A stretch of 64,000 bases of DNA from Eledone cirrhosa (GCA_964016885.1 OZ024756.1:19530001-19594000), one strand, 5' to 3'; numbered from the stretch's first letter, positions 1 through 13,704 are shown. The notes: generated by a model not told the origin, from the sequence alone. Made by a program: numbers and translations.

Positions 1-120
1 GAGGTGCTTTATTTACTAATTCTTAAATATAACAAGAACTTCTGCCCCCTCAACCCTTTAACATTTAAACCAGTCGTACCTGGCCAGAATTCTCTCACCT
101 CTTTCTGTAGAAACCGGCCA

Positions 121-1050
121 TTTTTCCCTTCCCCATCTGAAAAGATGTAAAGATCAAGACCCATGACTATCCCTCGACAATTTCCCCTTCCTCATCTGTC
201 TGTGAAAAGATGTAAAGATCAAGACCCATGACTATCCCTCGACAATTTTCCCTTCCCCATCTGTCTGTGAAAAGATGTAAAGATCAAGACATACTACTCT
301 CCCTCGACAATTTTTCCTTCCCCATCTGTCTGTGAAAAGATGTAAAGATCAAGACATACTACTCTCCCTCGACAAATTTCCCCTTCCCCATCTGTCTGTG
401 AAAAGATGTAAAGATCAAGACATACTACTCTCCCTCGACAATTTTTCCTTCCCCATCTGTCTGTGAAAAGATGTAAAGATCAAGACATACTACTCTCCCT
501 CGACAAATTTCCCCTTCCCCATCTGTCTGTGAAAAGATGTAAAGATCAAGACCCATGACTATCCCTCGACAATTTTCCCTTCCCCATCTGTCTGTGAAAA
601 GATGTAAAGATCAAGACATACTACTCTCCCTCGACAATTTTCCCTTCCCCATCTGTCTGTGAAAAGATGTAAAGATCAAGACATACTACTCTCCCTCGAC
701 AATTTTCCCTTCCCCATCTGTCTGTGAAAAGATGTAAAGATCAAGACATACTACTCTCCCTCGACAATTTTCCCTTCCCCATCTGTCTGTGAAAAGATGT
801 AAAGATCAAGACCCATGACTATCCCTCGACAATTTTCCCTTCCCCATCTGTCTGTGAAAAGATGTAAAGATCAAGACATACTACTCTCCCTCGACAATTT
901 TCCCTTCCCCATCTGTCTGTGAAAAGATGTAAAGATCAAGACATACTACTCTCCCTCGACAATTTTTCCTTCCCCATCTGTCTGTGAAAAGATGTAAAGA
1001 TCAAGACCCATGACTATCCCTCGACAATTTTCCCTTCCCCATCTGTCTGT
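121..1050. repeat. Minisatellite, 65-bp unit, about 14 copies
   Basis: Unit ttttcccttccccatctgtctgtgaaaagatgtaaagatcaagac(atactactct/ccatgactat)ccctcgacaa, with two interspersed variants. Confidence 0.95.
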
Positions 1051-3040
1051 GGAAAAATGCAATATTTAGCAACAGTGGCAGCAGCAGCAGCAGCATTCAA
1101 GTGATCAAAGATCATATTTTCTAGGAATGGTTCATTTAGCAAGACATTCTAAACATGACAAGCCCATGCAAAGATACTATGATAGTTGGATGATGTACCA
1201 TACTTTACCAAGGAGCCTTTAAATAAAAGCCCAACCCTACCTCAGTTATGATCTTAAAACCAGGATGTTATGTAAGAAATAATAAAAATAATAATAATAA
1301 TAATAAAAATAATAATAATAATGGTTTCTGATTTAGAAGCACAAGGCTAACAATTTTTGGGGAGGGGAAAGTTGATTAAATCAACTCCAGTGCAATACTG
1401 CTACTTTATTTTATCAACTCTGTAAGGAGGAAAGGCAAAATGGGATTTGAACTTGATTTTGGCATAGGTACAAGGCCAGTAATTTTGGGAAAGGGGAAAA
1501 AAAATTGATAAAATCGACACCCAATATTTACTGGTATTTTATTTTATTGACCCCAGAAGGATGAAAGGGTAGAAAGAAATGAAGTGAGTATGTTCAGCCC
1601 TTTGCCTTTTATCTTTTTAGGGTTGATAAAATATCAAACCAGTCAAGTACTCAACCTGTTGACTGCCACGTATATTTTACACAGCTACAGTTGTTGTGCA
1701 TTTTTTCTTCTTCAGTAAAATGACTATTGTTTTAAAAAAAAACATTTATCAACAACACATATCAGAATGATTGACAAACGTCACATCAATAAACTAGTAA
1801 CCTCATCTAGCTTTGAAGTTATGAACTGTTGGAAATGAGTTCATAGCATATTAGAATGAGTTATCTCGTCCGTGGCACTGGAATGCATACATTTTAGGAG
1901 AAGTTATCTCATCTACAGCACTGAAGAGGTTAATCAACTTACATCCCTCCTAACAAAATGGCTGACCATGTGCTTCAATTAAAAGACATTATTATTGTCA
2001 ATGATGAGAGGGCAGTAGATAAGCAGTACCGGTGGAACGTCAGACACCATGTTTTGTGGCATTTAGTTACGGCCCTTTACGTTCTGAATTCAAATCTTGA
2101 GATCAATTTTGCCTTTTATCCTTCCGAGGTTAATAAAATAATGTACCGGTAACACACTGAGGTTGATTTAATTGACTCCCCCCCCCCCCACTCACCCCAA
2201 ATTGTTGGCCTGGCCTAGTACCTAAATTAGAAATTATTATTATTATCATTTGTGGCCCTTTATGGTCTGAGTTCAAATCCTGCTGAGGTTACCTTTGCCT
2301 TTCATCGTTACAGGGTCGATAAAATAAAGTACCAGTAACGCACTGGGGTTGATTTAATCAACTTTCCCTCCTCTCACCCCAAATTGTTGACTTTGTGCCC
2401 AAATCAGAAATTATTATTATTATCATCATCATCATCATCATCATCATCGCCAATGGTGGCTTCCTTCCCACCGTATTAGGAGGAATTGTTTGCAGCAAGA
2501 ATTTACAAAATATACATGTTTATTTTTTGCTTTGACAAATGAAATTACTAAGAATCAATCATTTGAAGCTCTAACTGAAAAGAACTAAATAAAGCACAAC
2601 ATTGACATTAAAAATAATAACAACAATAATAGTAATAATAATGATAAATAAATAAATAGAACTTTGAAACATTACTTTTTACCAGAAAGAAAACAGAAAA
2701 AAGTCTAAAAACCTGAAAAGCCAAATATACATACATACACACACACACATATATAACACACATACACACATACATACAGGTAAAGTCTGCTCTAATTTTG
2801 AGGTTAATAAAATAAGAAATAAGTAGCTTCAGGAGCAATCTGGATTAGTAAGGATTAGTGATGCAAAAAACTTAAAAAAATACAAACATAAGTTAGTAGA
2901 CACAAGAACAAGGAGGAATGATGTTAAAAAAAAAGTCAAAACAGGATTTTAAAAAAAGGCAGTGTTTTAGAATTCTTAAAATAGAGAGAGATATTGTTTT
3001 ATATGAATAAGCAAAAATTCAATGACCGAGGTGAGTTTAC

Positions 3041-3109
3041 CGATTTTGATTTTCTTTTATTAGCAAAAGGATTCATCAAATAAGTCTTTCGCCAGCCAAA
3101 ACAGGATTC
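3041..3109 (-). CDS. Candidate 69-nt internal coding exon (ESCFGWRKTYLMNPFANKRKSKS) of the same gene
   Basis: Acceptor ccattttcccattctttag| and donor TCG|GTAAAC. The exon is 23 codons, open in phase 0-0, matching the phase-0 donor at 14649. No homology support. Confidence 0.4.
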
Positions 3110-3242
3110 CTAAAGAATGGGAAAATGGAGGGGGTAAAGTAATAAATGAATCAAACATATTTGTTGACATCATCTAAATTTGGATTTAGTTGATAACAAA
3201 TACAAGTTGAAATTTTATAATTAGAACAGTTCTTTCATTTTG

Positions 3243-3276
<34 letters not shown>

Positions 3277-4239
3277 GGTATATAATGAAAAATGAAAAAA
3301 TAAAAATAAGGATTAACCTGTTATATTGTACTTATTTTAACACAAGTTTTCTAACTTAACCTTCAAGGTAAATTAATTAATTAAGCAATGTTTTGTATTA
3401 CCTTGAAGTCTTTCAACTAAGTTTTCTTTTGTACATGTTATAACGCAAGTTTTTCAAACTTAACCTCCAAGGCATAAACCCTTTAGAATTTAAACCGGCT
3501 CTCTCCAGCCAGAATTCTTTCACCTCTTTCTGTTCAAACCAGCCGTAACTGGCCACTCATATTTATATTATGGTATTGTTCTCAAAATAAATAATATCAA
3601 AATCTCATAGATTCAATATCATGTGAAATAAAGCCTTTACTGTGAAAATACAATAGTAAATATAGAGTAATGTAAATGCTAAAGAGTTAACACAAGTTTT
3701 CAAACTTAACCTCCAAGGCATTAATTAATTTTTTGTATTACCCTCAATTTTTTCAACTAAATTTTCTTTTCTCTAGCACTTTATGGACAATTATTGTATT
3801 TTTCGGGGGTCGAAAATAGTTTTCCCCGCCCTCACGAATAAGTCTAAAAAATTTACCACAAATCTTAACAGTCAAAGGTTACATTAAACCGCAAGGCAAT
3901 TTTAATCCAAGAGGTGTGTTATCTATGTTAGTTGACAAGCTCTATCTGATCTCTCAATCAACTGTACAAACCATACTTAGTAAATAAACCTTAGATATCA
4001 GTATTGCATTTGTTCTCTTATCAGCAGACAGCGTAGACAAATCAACTGACTAGTTATAATTTTTACATGTTTTATATCAAGGAGGGAGTAAACAATCTAA
4101 AACCTCTTATATTGCCCTTTACTGAACAAACATGGTTTCTATTATACAACAGCTAAGTCACTTAATACCCTCATCCTTACAGTAATGCTAGTGAAATAAA
4201 TGTGTTGACAACCTTCATATTTTGTACATCTTTACTATA

Positions 4240-5040
4240 TCATCATCATTGTTTTACATCTGCTTTTCCTGGGTTGGATTGATTGTACAGACATTTTCTA
4301 CACTTACATGAGTTGTACAGGTCTTTTCTACATTTACATGGATTGGACAGGTCTTTTCTACACTTACATGGATTAGACAGGTCTTTTCTATACTTACATG
4401 GGTTGGACAGGTCTTTTCTATACTTACATTTGTTGGACAGGTCTTTACACTTACATGGGTTGGAAAGGTCTTTTCTACACTTATGTGGGTTAGATGGGTC
4501 TTTACACTTACATGGATTGGAAAGGTCTTTTCTACACTTATGTGGGTTAGATGGGTTGTACAGGTCTTTTCTACACTTACATGGGTTGGAAAGGTCTTTT
4601 CTACACTTATGTGGGTTAGATGGGTCTTTACACTTACATGGATTGGAAAGGTCTTTTCTACACTTATGTGGGTTAGATGGGTCTTTACACTTACATGGAT
4701 TGGAAAGGTCTTTTCTACACTTATGTGGGTTAGATGGGTCTTACGTGGGTTGTACAGGTCTTTTCTACACTTACATGGGTTGGAAAGGTCTTTTCTACAC
4801 TTACGTGGGTTAGATGGGTCTTTACACTTACATGGGTTGGAAAGGTCTTTTCTGCACTTACATGGGTTAGATGCGTCTTTTCTACACTTATGTGGGTTGT
4901 ACAGGTCTTTTCCACACTTACAGGCTTTTTCCAGCACAGCATCCCTCCACTCATTGTAGTCTATCATCTCCTCTGTGAGCTTCAGTGATTTGAGATCAAT
5001 TCTCACAACCTTTACCCAAATCTTCCATAACCTTCTGGAC
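4240..5040 (-). mobile_element. RTE-type LINE 3' end with an internally expanded 27-30-bp minisatellite (about 4285-4925)
   Basis: The minus-strand translation ...WKIWVKVVRIDLKSLKLTEEMIDYNEWRDAVLEK resembles RTE ORF C-termini. The 3' tail aacccaggaaaagcagatgtaaaacaatgatgatg lies at about 4240-4280. Between them are tandem cttttctacacttacatgggttggacaggt units. Confidence 0.7.
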
Positions 5041-6855
5041 GCTCCAGGTGCATTATGTCGCCGATAGAGTAATCTCCCTTAATACATAATTTAGTGTCAA
5101 AGGAAGTAATTCATACAAATTTCTAGTGTGCTAAAGGTTTAGATAACAAATTTTGTGTGAGTGTTAATTGTAGGGTCCAAATTGGATTAAAGTGGCTGCT
5201 AAAAAACAACAGCATATGTTTAGGGAAGGGCATGGCCTAGTGGTAAAGGTGTTAGATTTAAGATCATAATGTCATGGGTTCAATTCCTGGACTGGGTTGT
5301 GTTCTTAAGCAAAACACTTCATTTCAACGTTTCTCCAGTATATTCAACTGAAAATGAGTACCATCAGCAATAGCTGGGGGTTTAACGCTGCAGTGGACTG
5401 ATGAACATCCAGGCTTGAGACAGACTTCTAGTATATGTTTGTAGCTGTGTAGTGTGAGGTTGTACAGAATATCCCAGCTTACAAATAAATCCCACCATGT
5501 AAGTCTTTTTCATCAATATTTTATCTTTGTATAAGTTAGATGTGTGTATGTGTGCATCTATCTGTTTCATATGTCTCAATCATCGGCTTATCTTTCTTTT
5601 AATCACTGCTGTGTTATTTCAGATTTTAATCTCATGAGTGTATCATAAATCACACATTTACTACACCTAGTTCTAGAACTGACCAGAACAATATATAGCC
5701 AGTCAATGAGCTGAACGTGAAAATATGTATACACAAGAAAACTTATTGACAACCCATAAAAAAATAACACTGAATGGAAGAATCAGGTTTAAACACACAA
5801 CTGAATAACTGGGTTAACAAATCTTGTACCCCTTACTTATATTCTATATTGCTACCATTCAAAATGAATAATAATAATAGTAATTTAAAAAGTCGTCTTA
5901 TTTGAAAATATATTGAGGTGTGTAATATTTCTTCTCTTAAAATAATGTGCTGTGTAGGACTCAAAGGCCGAGTAAAAAAAAAAAGGGTAGTGGTTCTTCA
6001 GCATAGTCACAGCATATTGGCGAGAATAATCAGTAACGGAAATTAGTTTCCTCAACCCTTCTTTTGATGAAGGGATTTTATTCTGAAATATTAAAGAACT
6101 ATTAAAAAAACTCCAAGGTAACATCCCAACATCTTTGTTATATTTTTAACATTCTATACCAATTTACACACTATTTTCTACACCAATTTATACACAATTT
6201 TATACAATGCTTCAAGCAACCTGCAACACCCTCTATTTCTGTATTTGCCTGGTTTTATTTTTACTAAATTCAACATTGCAGGGAATAGGAAGAGGGATAA
6301 GGATATTTGTTAGATTGTATTTACTCTATATAACACTGAATCTAAAACAAGAGACCAGATACAGTGACACATTGTAGGGATATCTTCTGTCAGGGATTGT
6401 GGGACCAGATATAGTGACATGTTATAAGGATATCTTTTGTTTGGGACTGTATTTACTCCATATAGCACTGAATATAAAACCAAAGAGGGACCAGATACAG
6501 TGAAACACTATTTTTCAGTAGTTTAGATTTATTAGTTGTGCTCTCAGTAGAAACTAACACATGTTTGAAGTTATAAAGTTAATATGAAGGTGGTTTTTAA
6601 AAAAAAAAAGGTTATTTCCAGAAAATGTCAAAATTAAAAAGAATCCAGTGTGTGTGTGTGTGTGTGGGGGGGGGGGGGAACTCATCAAATCGGAGCAAGC
6701 AAACAATATTTCCATTGGTCTTTCTATTGCTGATACTATCTACCAGTCGCAACTCCTGGCAGTATATATATATATATGTATATATGTATGTATATATTTC
6801 GTTTCTGAATTTGTTTAGCAAGACTCTTTATCTGAAATCGTGTGTTGAAACCGAT

Positions 6856-7287
6856 ATTGTTATACTTTGGGAGGGTCATGTTGCCAATAAGAAACACACG
6901 CACCAGTTGATTTCAATTCAATTTATTATATATTTACAAATTTATAAATTTCTAGTTGGTTGGTTGGTTCCACAACCAGATAGTTGTTTATATATAGTCA
7001 TAGTCCTTTCGTCACACACTCTGTGACCTCTTCAGTGACTGGGGATTCCTTTCTTTGTTTCTGTGCCTCTCCTTTGTTCTGTCCTACGCCATTTTGTTTG
7101 TGTGTGTGTTGTGTGCTCAGTTTGCGCATGCGCCACATCCGGGTATCTGTGTGTGTTTATGTTCATTTATCTATTTGTTTATAAATTTATAAATTTGTAA
7201 ATTTATAAATATATAATAAATTGAAGTGAAAGCAACTGGTGCGTGTGTTTCTTATTGGCGACATGACCCTCCCAAAGTATAACAATG
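6856..7287. mobile_element. Non-autonomous element with about 95-bp terminal inverted repeats and an internal hammerhead motif (Penelope-like pLTR derivative)
   Basis: attgttatactttgggagggtcatgttgccaataagaaacacacgcaccagttg... at 6856 is inverted at about 7190-7287. (TA)n lies on both sides. A related end is at about 63078. Confidence 0.65.
6996..7040 (-). ncRNA. Minimal type-I hammerhead ribozyme motif
   Basis: Minus strand reads agtca CTGAAGA g gtcaca-gagtg-tgtgac GAAA ggac TA tgact. Stem I (agtca/tgact), stem II and the core are intact; stem III is minimal. Confidence 0.65.
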
Positions 7288-7369
<82 letters not shown>

Positions 7370-8249
7370 CACACACACACGTATATAATATTGGCATCGC
7401 ATAGAGTTTGATTGACAAAATCTCCGACCTCATTCATGTACCGAGTGGGTGTGGCACTTGTCAAATCGAACCAAAGAAACAATGTTTCTATTACTGAGAC
7501 TATCTACCGGTCGCAACTCCTGGCAGATCAAAATTTAAAGAAAATGGAAATTTCAGAACTGCTCATTTTATTCCATTTAAACATACACTATATTTGTATA
7601 TTTGTTAAAATATATAATCTCATGGTTTTCAAATGAATATATATATATATATATTTTTTTACTATTGAACATATTTTGGAAATTTGGAATTTTGACAAAT
7701 TTCTTAATAATCACCAAAGTTTTAAAATGTGCAGAATTTCACAATTTTTACTAATTGCAGAAAAACAAAAAAATTAGCCATTTCCAAACCAACTTGGAAT
7801 ATATGTTTAAAAAAACAAAAACAAAAAAAAAAACTTGTTTGGCATGGCAGTTGATAGTTCCGTGAAAGATTAGGTTGATACCTAATCTTCAGAAATCAAA
7901 CTGTATCGCTAAATAATGAGATTAAAAATAGCAAGAAATGAATGTGAGTACCACAAGAGATTTCATTAACTTTTGAAAGAAATTTAAAACTGGATTAGTA
8001 TCATAAATATACTTTGAGAGAGAAAGAGAAGAGTTTACTTTCAAGATTTGTGAGACATCAATAGTAAACACACCATCTTATAAAATTATATTAATATTTC
8101 ATGTTTTAAATATATTTTATTACATTTAAACATAGTTTGTTTGTTTTTCTTTTCTTTTAACCCATTAGCATTTAAGGTGGATTTAGTACTTTCTGTTGTG
8201 GCACCAGCACTACCACATTACAAGATGGACTGGGTGCATTTTATCATGG

Positions 8250-9050
8250 CACCATTCTAAATACACTTTTTCTCAGCAATGCCTTAATTCCCACTAACAC
8301 ACTGCTTTATAATCCAGAGAACTTCAAACCTATCATTACAATATTAAGCCTCCTACTTTCACTTTCATCTCCATCACTTGTGATATACCTGATGCCCAGT
8401 TTCTCTTCTAGCTACATTGTCTGGTTCTTTGCTCCACTACTTGCTCCCAAATTTCAGGCCTGTCTTAGTTTTTATGTCTTTGTCTACCAAACCATTCCAC
8501 CATTATGTCACATTTAGTCTCACTGTAAAGTTGTTCCATTCACAGATCTGGTATGCTGCTAGCAGCAGATTATCTCCCAGCTGTCATCAAAATTATAAGT
8601 CGCAATCACTTCTTTCTTCTTGTCATACATGTTGACTTCACGGAACCTACAGCTGGCTTAGATATCTGTCCGTTTCCATACTTTTCCTTCTCTAGATCTT
8701 CTTGTGTCTCTGAGTCCTTATAGTTCTTATCTAGAACTTGTAGATCAGTAATCCATGTTGAGTGGTACATTCTTCACCACAGAGAGAGGCTTAAAATTCA
8801 CAAACAGTTGCCTATCCCATTTCCTCATAAGTATGAAAGTCTATTTCGTTGGCTTGTGACTTGCACAACGCATCAGGACCCAATCTTTCTTCCCAGAACC
8901 TCAGTTCTATGGGGCTCCATCCCCACATCCATACCACCTATTATGCCATTGTTTTTCTTGCAGTTGTTCAAGGACATCAACCACATCAATATCAATGGTA
9001 TTGGAGGGCCTGGGAAGGTCACAGACTTTGCTCCTCCATCTACAAAACCT
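8250..9050 (-). mobile_element. Highly decayed LINE (RTE-like) endonuclease-region fragment
   Basis: The minus-strand GEECTTQHGLLI at about 8745-8780 resembles the motif closing the RTE AP-endonuclease domain. Many stops and frameshifts. Confidence 0.4.
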
Positions 9051-9294
9051 TTGACATCACCACCACCACCAACAACAAAAAGTTAAGACAACATAAAAAA
9101 AGAATTCCAGTAGGTTCTAAAAATATAGAAGTAACTTAATATTCTAACCACTTTACAGTTTGAAGAAGTCCTTCAGTTGAGCAAGAAGGACACAATGAAT
9201 CATAAAAAGACACTTCAGTCTCTCACAATTGACTAATACACAATTAGAAAACTAAAACGATGAATTACACTTATTGTCTATAATTAAACCCATC

Positions 9295-10770
9295 ATGTCT
9301 ATAATACTGGGTCATGTGATCTAAGTATGGACAAGCCACCATGTCTACAATACAGGGTCATGTGATCTAAGTATGGACAAGCCACCATGTCTATAATACT
9401 GGGTCATGTGATCTAAGTATGGACAAGCCATCGTGTCTATAATACTGGGTCATGTGATCTAAGTATGGAAGAGCCACCATGTCTATAATACTGGGTCATG
9501 TAATCTAAGTATGGAAGAGCCACCATGTCTATAATACTGGGTCATGTGATCTAAGTATGGAAGAGCCATCGTGTCTATAATACTGGGTCATGTGATCTAA
9601 GTATGGAAGAGCCACCATGTCTACAATACTGGGTCATGTGATCTAAGTATGGACAAGCCATCGTGTCTATAATACTGGGTCATGTGATCTAAGTATGGAA
9701 GAGCCATCATGTCTATAATACTGGGTCATGTGATCTAAGTATGGAAGAGCCACCATGTCTATAATACTGGGTCATGTGATCTAAGTATGGAAGAGCCACC
9801 ATGTCTACAATACTGGGTCATGTGATCTAAGTATGGAAGAGCCACCATGTCTATAATACTGGGTCATGTGATCTAAGTATGGAAGAGCCACCATGTCTAT
9901 AATACTGGGTCATGTGATCTAAGTATGGACAAGCCATCGTGTCTATAATACTGGGTCATGTGATCTAAGTATGGAAGAGCCATCATGTCTACAATACTGG
10001 GTCATGTGATCTAAGTATGGACAAGCCATCGTGTCTATAATACTGGGTCATGTGATCTAAGTATGGAAGAGCCACCATGTCTATAATACTGGGTCATGTG
10101 ATCTAAGTATGGACAAGCCATCGTGTCTATAATACTGGGTCATGTGATCTAAGTATGGAAGAGCCATCATGTCTACAATACTGGGTCATGTGATCTAAGT
10201 ATGGACAAGCCATCGTGTCTATAATACTGGGTCATGTGATCTAAGTATGGAAGAGCCATCATGTCTACAATACTGGGTCATGTGATCTAAGTATGGACAA
10301 GCCATCGTGTCTATAATACTGGGTCATGTGATCTAAGTATGGAAGAGCCACCATGTCTATAATACTGGGTCATGTGATCTAAGTATGGACAAGCCATCGT
10401 GTCTATAATACTGGGTCATGTGATCTAAGTATGGAAGAGCCATCATGTCTACAATACTGGGTCATGTGATCTAAGTATGGAAGAGCCACCATGTCTATAA
10501 TACTGGGTCATGTGATCTAAGTATGGAAGAGCCACCATGTCTATAATACTGGGTCATGTGATCTAAGTATGGAAGAGCCACCATGTCTATAATACTGGGT
10601 CATGTGATCTAAGTATGGAAGAGCCACCATGTCTATAATACTGGGTCATGTGATCTAAATATGGATGACCAATCGTGTTTATAATACTGGGTCATGTGAT
10701 CTAAATATGGATGACCAATCGTGTTTATAATACTGGGTCATGTGATCTAAATATGGATGACCCACTGGGT
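9295..10770. repeat. Minisatellite, 46-bp unit, about 32 copies
   Basis: Unit tataatactgggtcatgtgatctaagtatgga(agag/caag)cca(cca/tcg)tgtc. Confidence 0.95.
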
Positions 10771-11139
10771 CATGTTATTGTCTACTACAGGTTTTACATA
10801 TGGACGACAAAGATTATTTTCTCTTAAATCAACTAGAAGAGTAAACGATATTCATTGTCTTTACATTTGTTTTTCCATGTTAGCATGGGTTGGATGAAAC
10901 GTTTTGAGACAGTATCCACGACTGGATGCCCTTCCTGATACAAATCCTAACTTGTTTTTTGTAAGTAAGGTACAGATCTTGGCATGATTAACCACTTAGT
11001 TATAGGGCTTCTGTTTATACAGGACAAAAAGCAATATCACCGCCTGTGGTAGTGATGTCAAATGTGAAGCCAAGACACAGAGACACTATGCACACATAAA
11101 TATACGACAGGCTTTTTCATAGTTTCTCACTACCAAATT

Positions 11140-11630
11140 CATATTTCTAATGAAAGTCAGTGACTATGTCATTAACCCTTTTATTACCATATTTCTAATA
11201 AAAGGCGCTGCCAATGTCATTAACCCTTTTGTCACCATATTTCTAATGTAAGACTGTACCTATGTCTTTAACCCTTTCGTTACCATATTTCTAATGAAAG
11301 ACATTGTCTATGTCCTTATGCCTTTTGTTACCATATTTCTAATGAAAGTTACTGCCTATGTTATTAACCCTTTCATTTTCTATTTCTAATGTATTTAACC
11401 CTTTTGTTACCATATTTCTAATGAAAGACACTGCCTATAATTTTCAAAAAATGTTAACACTATAACTAACATTCACATTATTAAGGTGGTGTTTGAGACA
11501 TAACTTAACCAAGGATCTGTCATAAAATAATGATGAAAGGCTTTTAGATAACTATAATCACTTTAAAACAAATAGATTTGTACCATAGAACCAGGGATGG
11601 TTTTGAGTGGTTTGGTATTGAAAGGGTCAA
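11140..11630. mobile_element. piggyBac-like MITE family 2 preceded by tandem copies (about 48 bp) of its left end
   Basis: TTAA-ccctttYgttaccatatttctaatgaaagac recurs about every 48 bp. The right end tggtattgaaaggg (to 11626) is an imperfect inverted match. Related copies lie at about 47955-48270 and 55230-55720. Confidence 0.6.
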
Positions 11631-11832
11631 CACTTGTTGTATGTATGACGATTCTGATTACACTACAGAGCTTCTGCCAATACCATACTGAGACCATCTA
11701 CATGTAAATCTTACAGTATATTAATTAGTATATATTAATTTATCCATTACAATCCAATCAGATTTCTGATACTTAACTCATTATTTTGATAAATGTACAA
11801 AGTTGATAATTTTACCCCATAAATTTGATTTA

Positions 11833-13335
11833 CGGTCAGGTCAGGCTTCTGCCTGCCACTGGTACCATGTAACCCAGTATAACTTGATACATGGTTCAGT
11901 GGTTGGAGACTAAACTGGCTCCTCCACCAGACCATGATCTGGTCAGGACAGGCTTCTGTCTGCTGCTGGTAACATGTAACCCAGTATAACTTGATTCATG
12001 GTTCAGTGGTTGGAGACTAAACTGGCTTCTCCACCAGACCATGATCTGGTCAGGACAGGCTTCTGTTTGCTGCTGGTAACATGTAACCCAGTATAACTTG
12101 ATTCATGGTTCAGTGGTTGGAGACTAAACTGGCTCCTCCACCAGACCATGATCTGGTCAGGTCAGGCTTCTGTCTGCTGCTGGTAACATGTAACCCAGTA
12201 TAACTTGATTCATGGTTCAGTGGTTGGAGACTAAACTGGCTCCTCCACCAGACCATGATCTGGTCAGGTCAGGCTTCTGTTTGCTACTGGTAACATGTAA
12301 CCCAGTATAACTTGATTCATGGTTCAGTGGTTGGAGACTAAACTGGCTCCTCCACCAGACCATGATCTGGTCAGGACAGGCTTCTGTCTGCTGCTGGTAA
12401 CATGTAACCCAGTATAACTTGATTCATGGTTCAGTGGTTGGAGACTAAACTGGCTCCTCCACCAGACCATGATCTGGTCAGGTCAGGCTTCTGTCTGCTG
12501 CTGGTAACATGTAACCCAGTATAACTTGATTCATGGTTCAGTGGTTGGAGACTAAACTGGCTCCTCCACCAGACCATGATCTGGTCAGGTCAGGCTTCTG
12601 TCTGCTGCTGGTAACATGTAACCCAGTATAACTTGATTCATGGTTCAGTGGTTGGAGACTAAACTGGCTCCTCCACCAGACCATGATCTGGTCAGGTCAG
12701 GCTTCTGTCTGCTGCTGGTAACATGTAACCCAGTATAACTTCATTCATGGTTCAGTGGTTGGAGACTAAACTGACTCCTCCATCAGACACTGGCCTGGTG
12801 AGGTCAGGCTTCTGTTTGCTACTGGTAACATGTAACCCAGTATAACTTGATTCATGGTTCAGTGGTTGGAGACTAAACTGGCTCCTCCACCAGACCATGA
12901 TCTGGTCAGGACAGGCTTCTGTCTGCTGCTGGTAACATGTAACCCAGTATAACTTGATTCATGGTTCAGTGGTTGGAGACTAAACTGGCTCCTCCACCAG
13001 ACCATGATCTGGTCAGGACAGGCTTCTGTCTGCTGCTGGTAACATGTAACCCAGTATAACTTGATTCATGGTTCAGTGGTTGGAGACTAAACTGGCTTCT
13101 CCACCAGACCATGATCTGGTCAGGACAGGCTTCTGTTTGCTACTGGTAACATGTAACCCAGTATAACTTCATTCATGGTTCAGTGGTTGGACACTAAACT
13201 AGCTCCTCCACCAGACCATGATCTGGTCAGGACAGGCTTCTGTTTGCTACTGGTAACATGTAACCCAGTATAACTTCATTCATGGTTCAGTGGTTGGAGA
13301 CTAAACTGGCTCCTCCATCAGACACTGGCCTGGTG
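11833..13335. repeat. Minisatellite, 107-bp unit, about 14 copies, derived from a dispersed repeat head
   Basis: Unit ggtcaggacaggcttctgtctgctgctggtaacatgtaacccagtataacttgattcatggttcagtggttggagactaaactggctcctccaccagaccatgatct. A homologous single copy lies on the minus strand at about 36110-36185. Confidence 0.95.
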
Positions 13336-13704
13336 AGGGGGGGGGGGGGGGGTAAGTGAAACCCCAGCAGCACAAAAAACAAGAGCTGTTAAAGGGGAAG
13401 GTGAACTCCTCAGTGTCAACAGCCATCTACCCCAACTACAGGTTAAATAGCCTCACCAACCTGAAATTGGCAAAGTATGGTGAGTACAGCTACACCCCTG
13501 ACATAACCAAAACCAAACAGAAAGTGGTGGAGGTCAACCAGGGAAGGGTTCCTCCAACAGGATTGAAAAGGGATTGGATTGGATTGGAAATTTGATTTAA
13601 AGTTAAAAAAACACAAACAAAGTTTTATCAACTGTTAACATGATATTTCTACAAACACATTGCCATGAAATGTCTATATTAACTGTGAAATATTATTTCA
13701 CACA

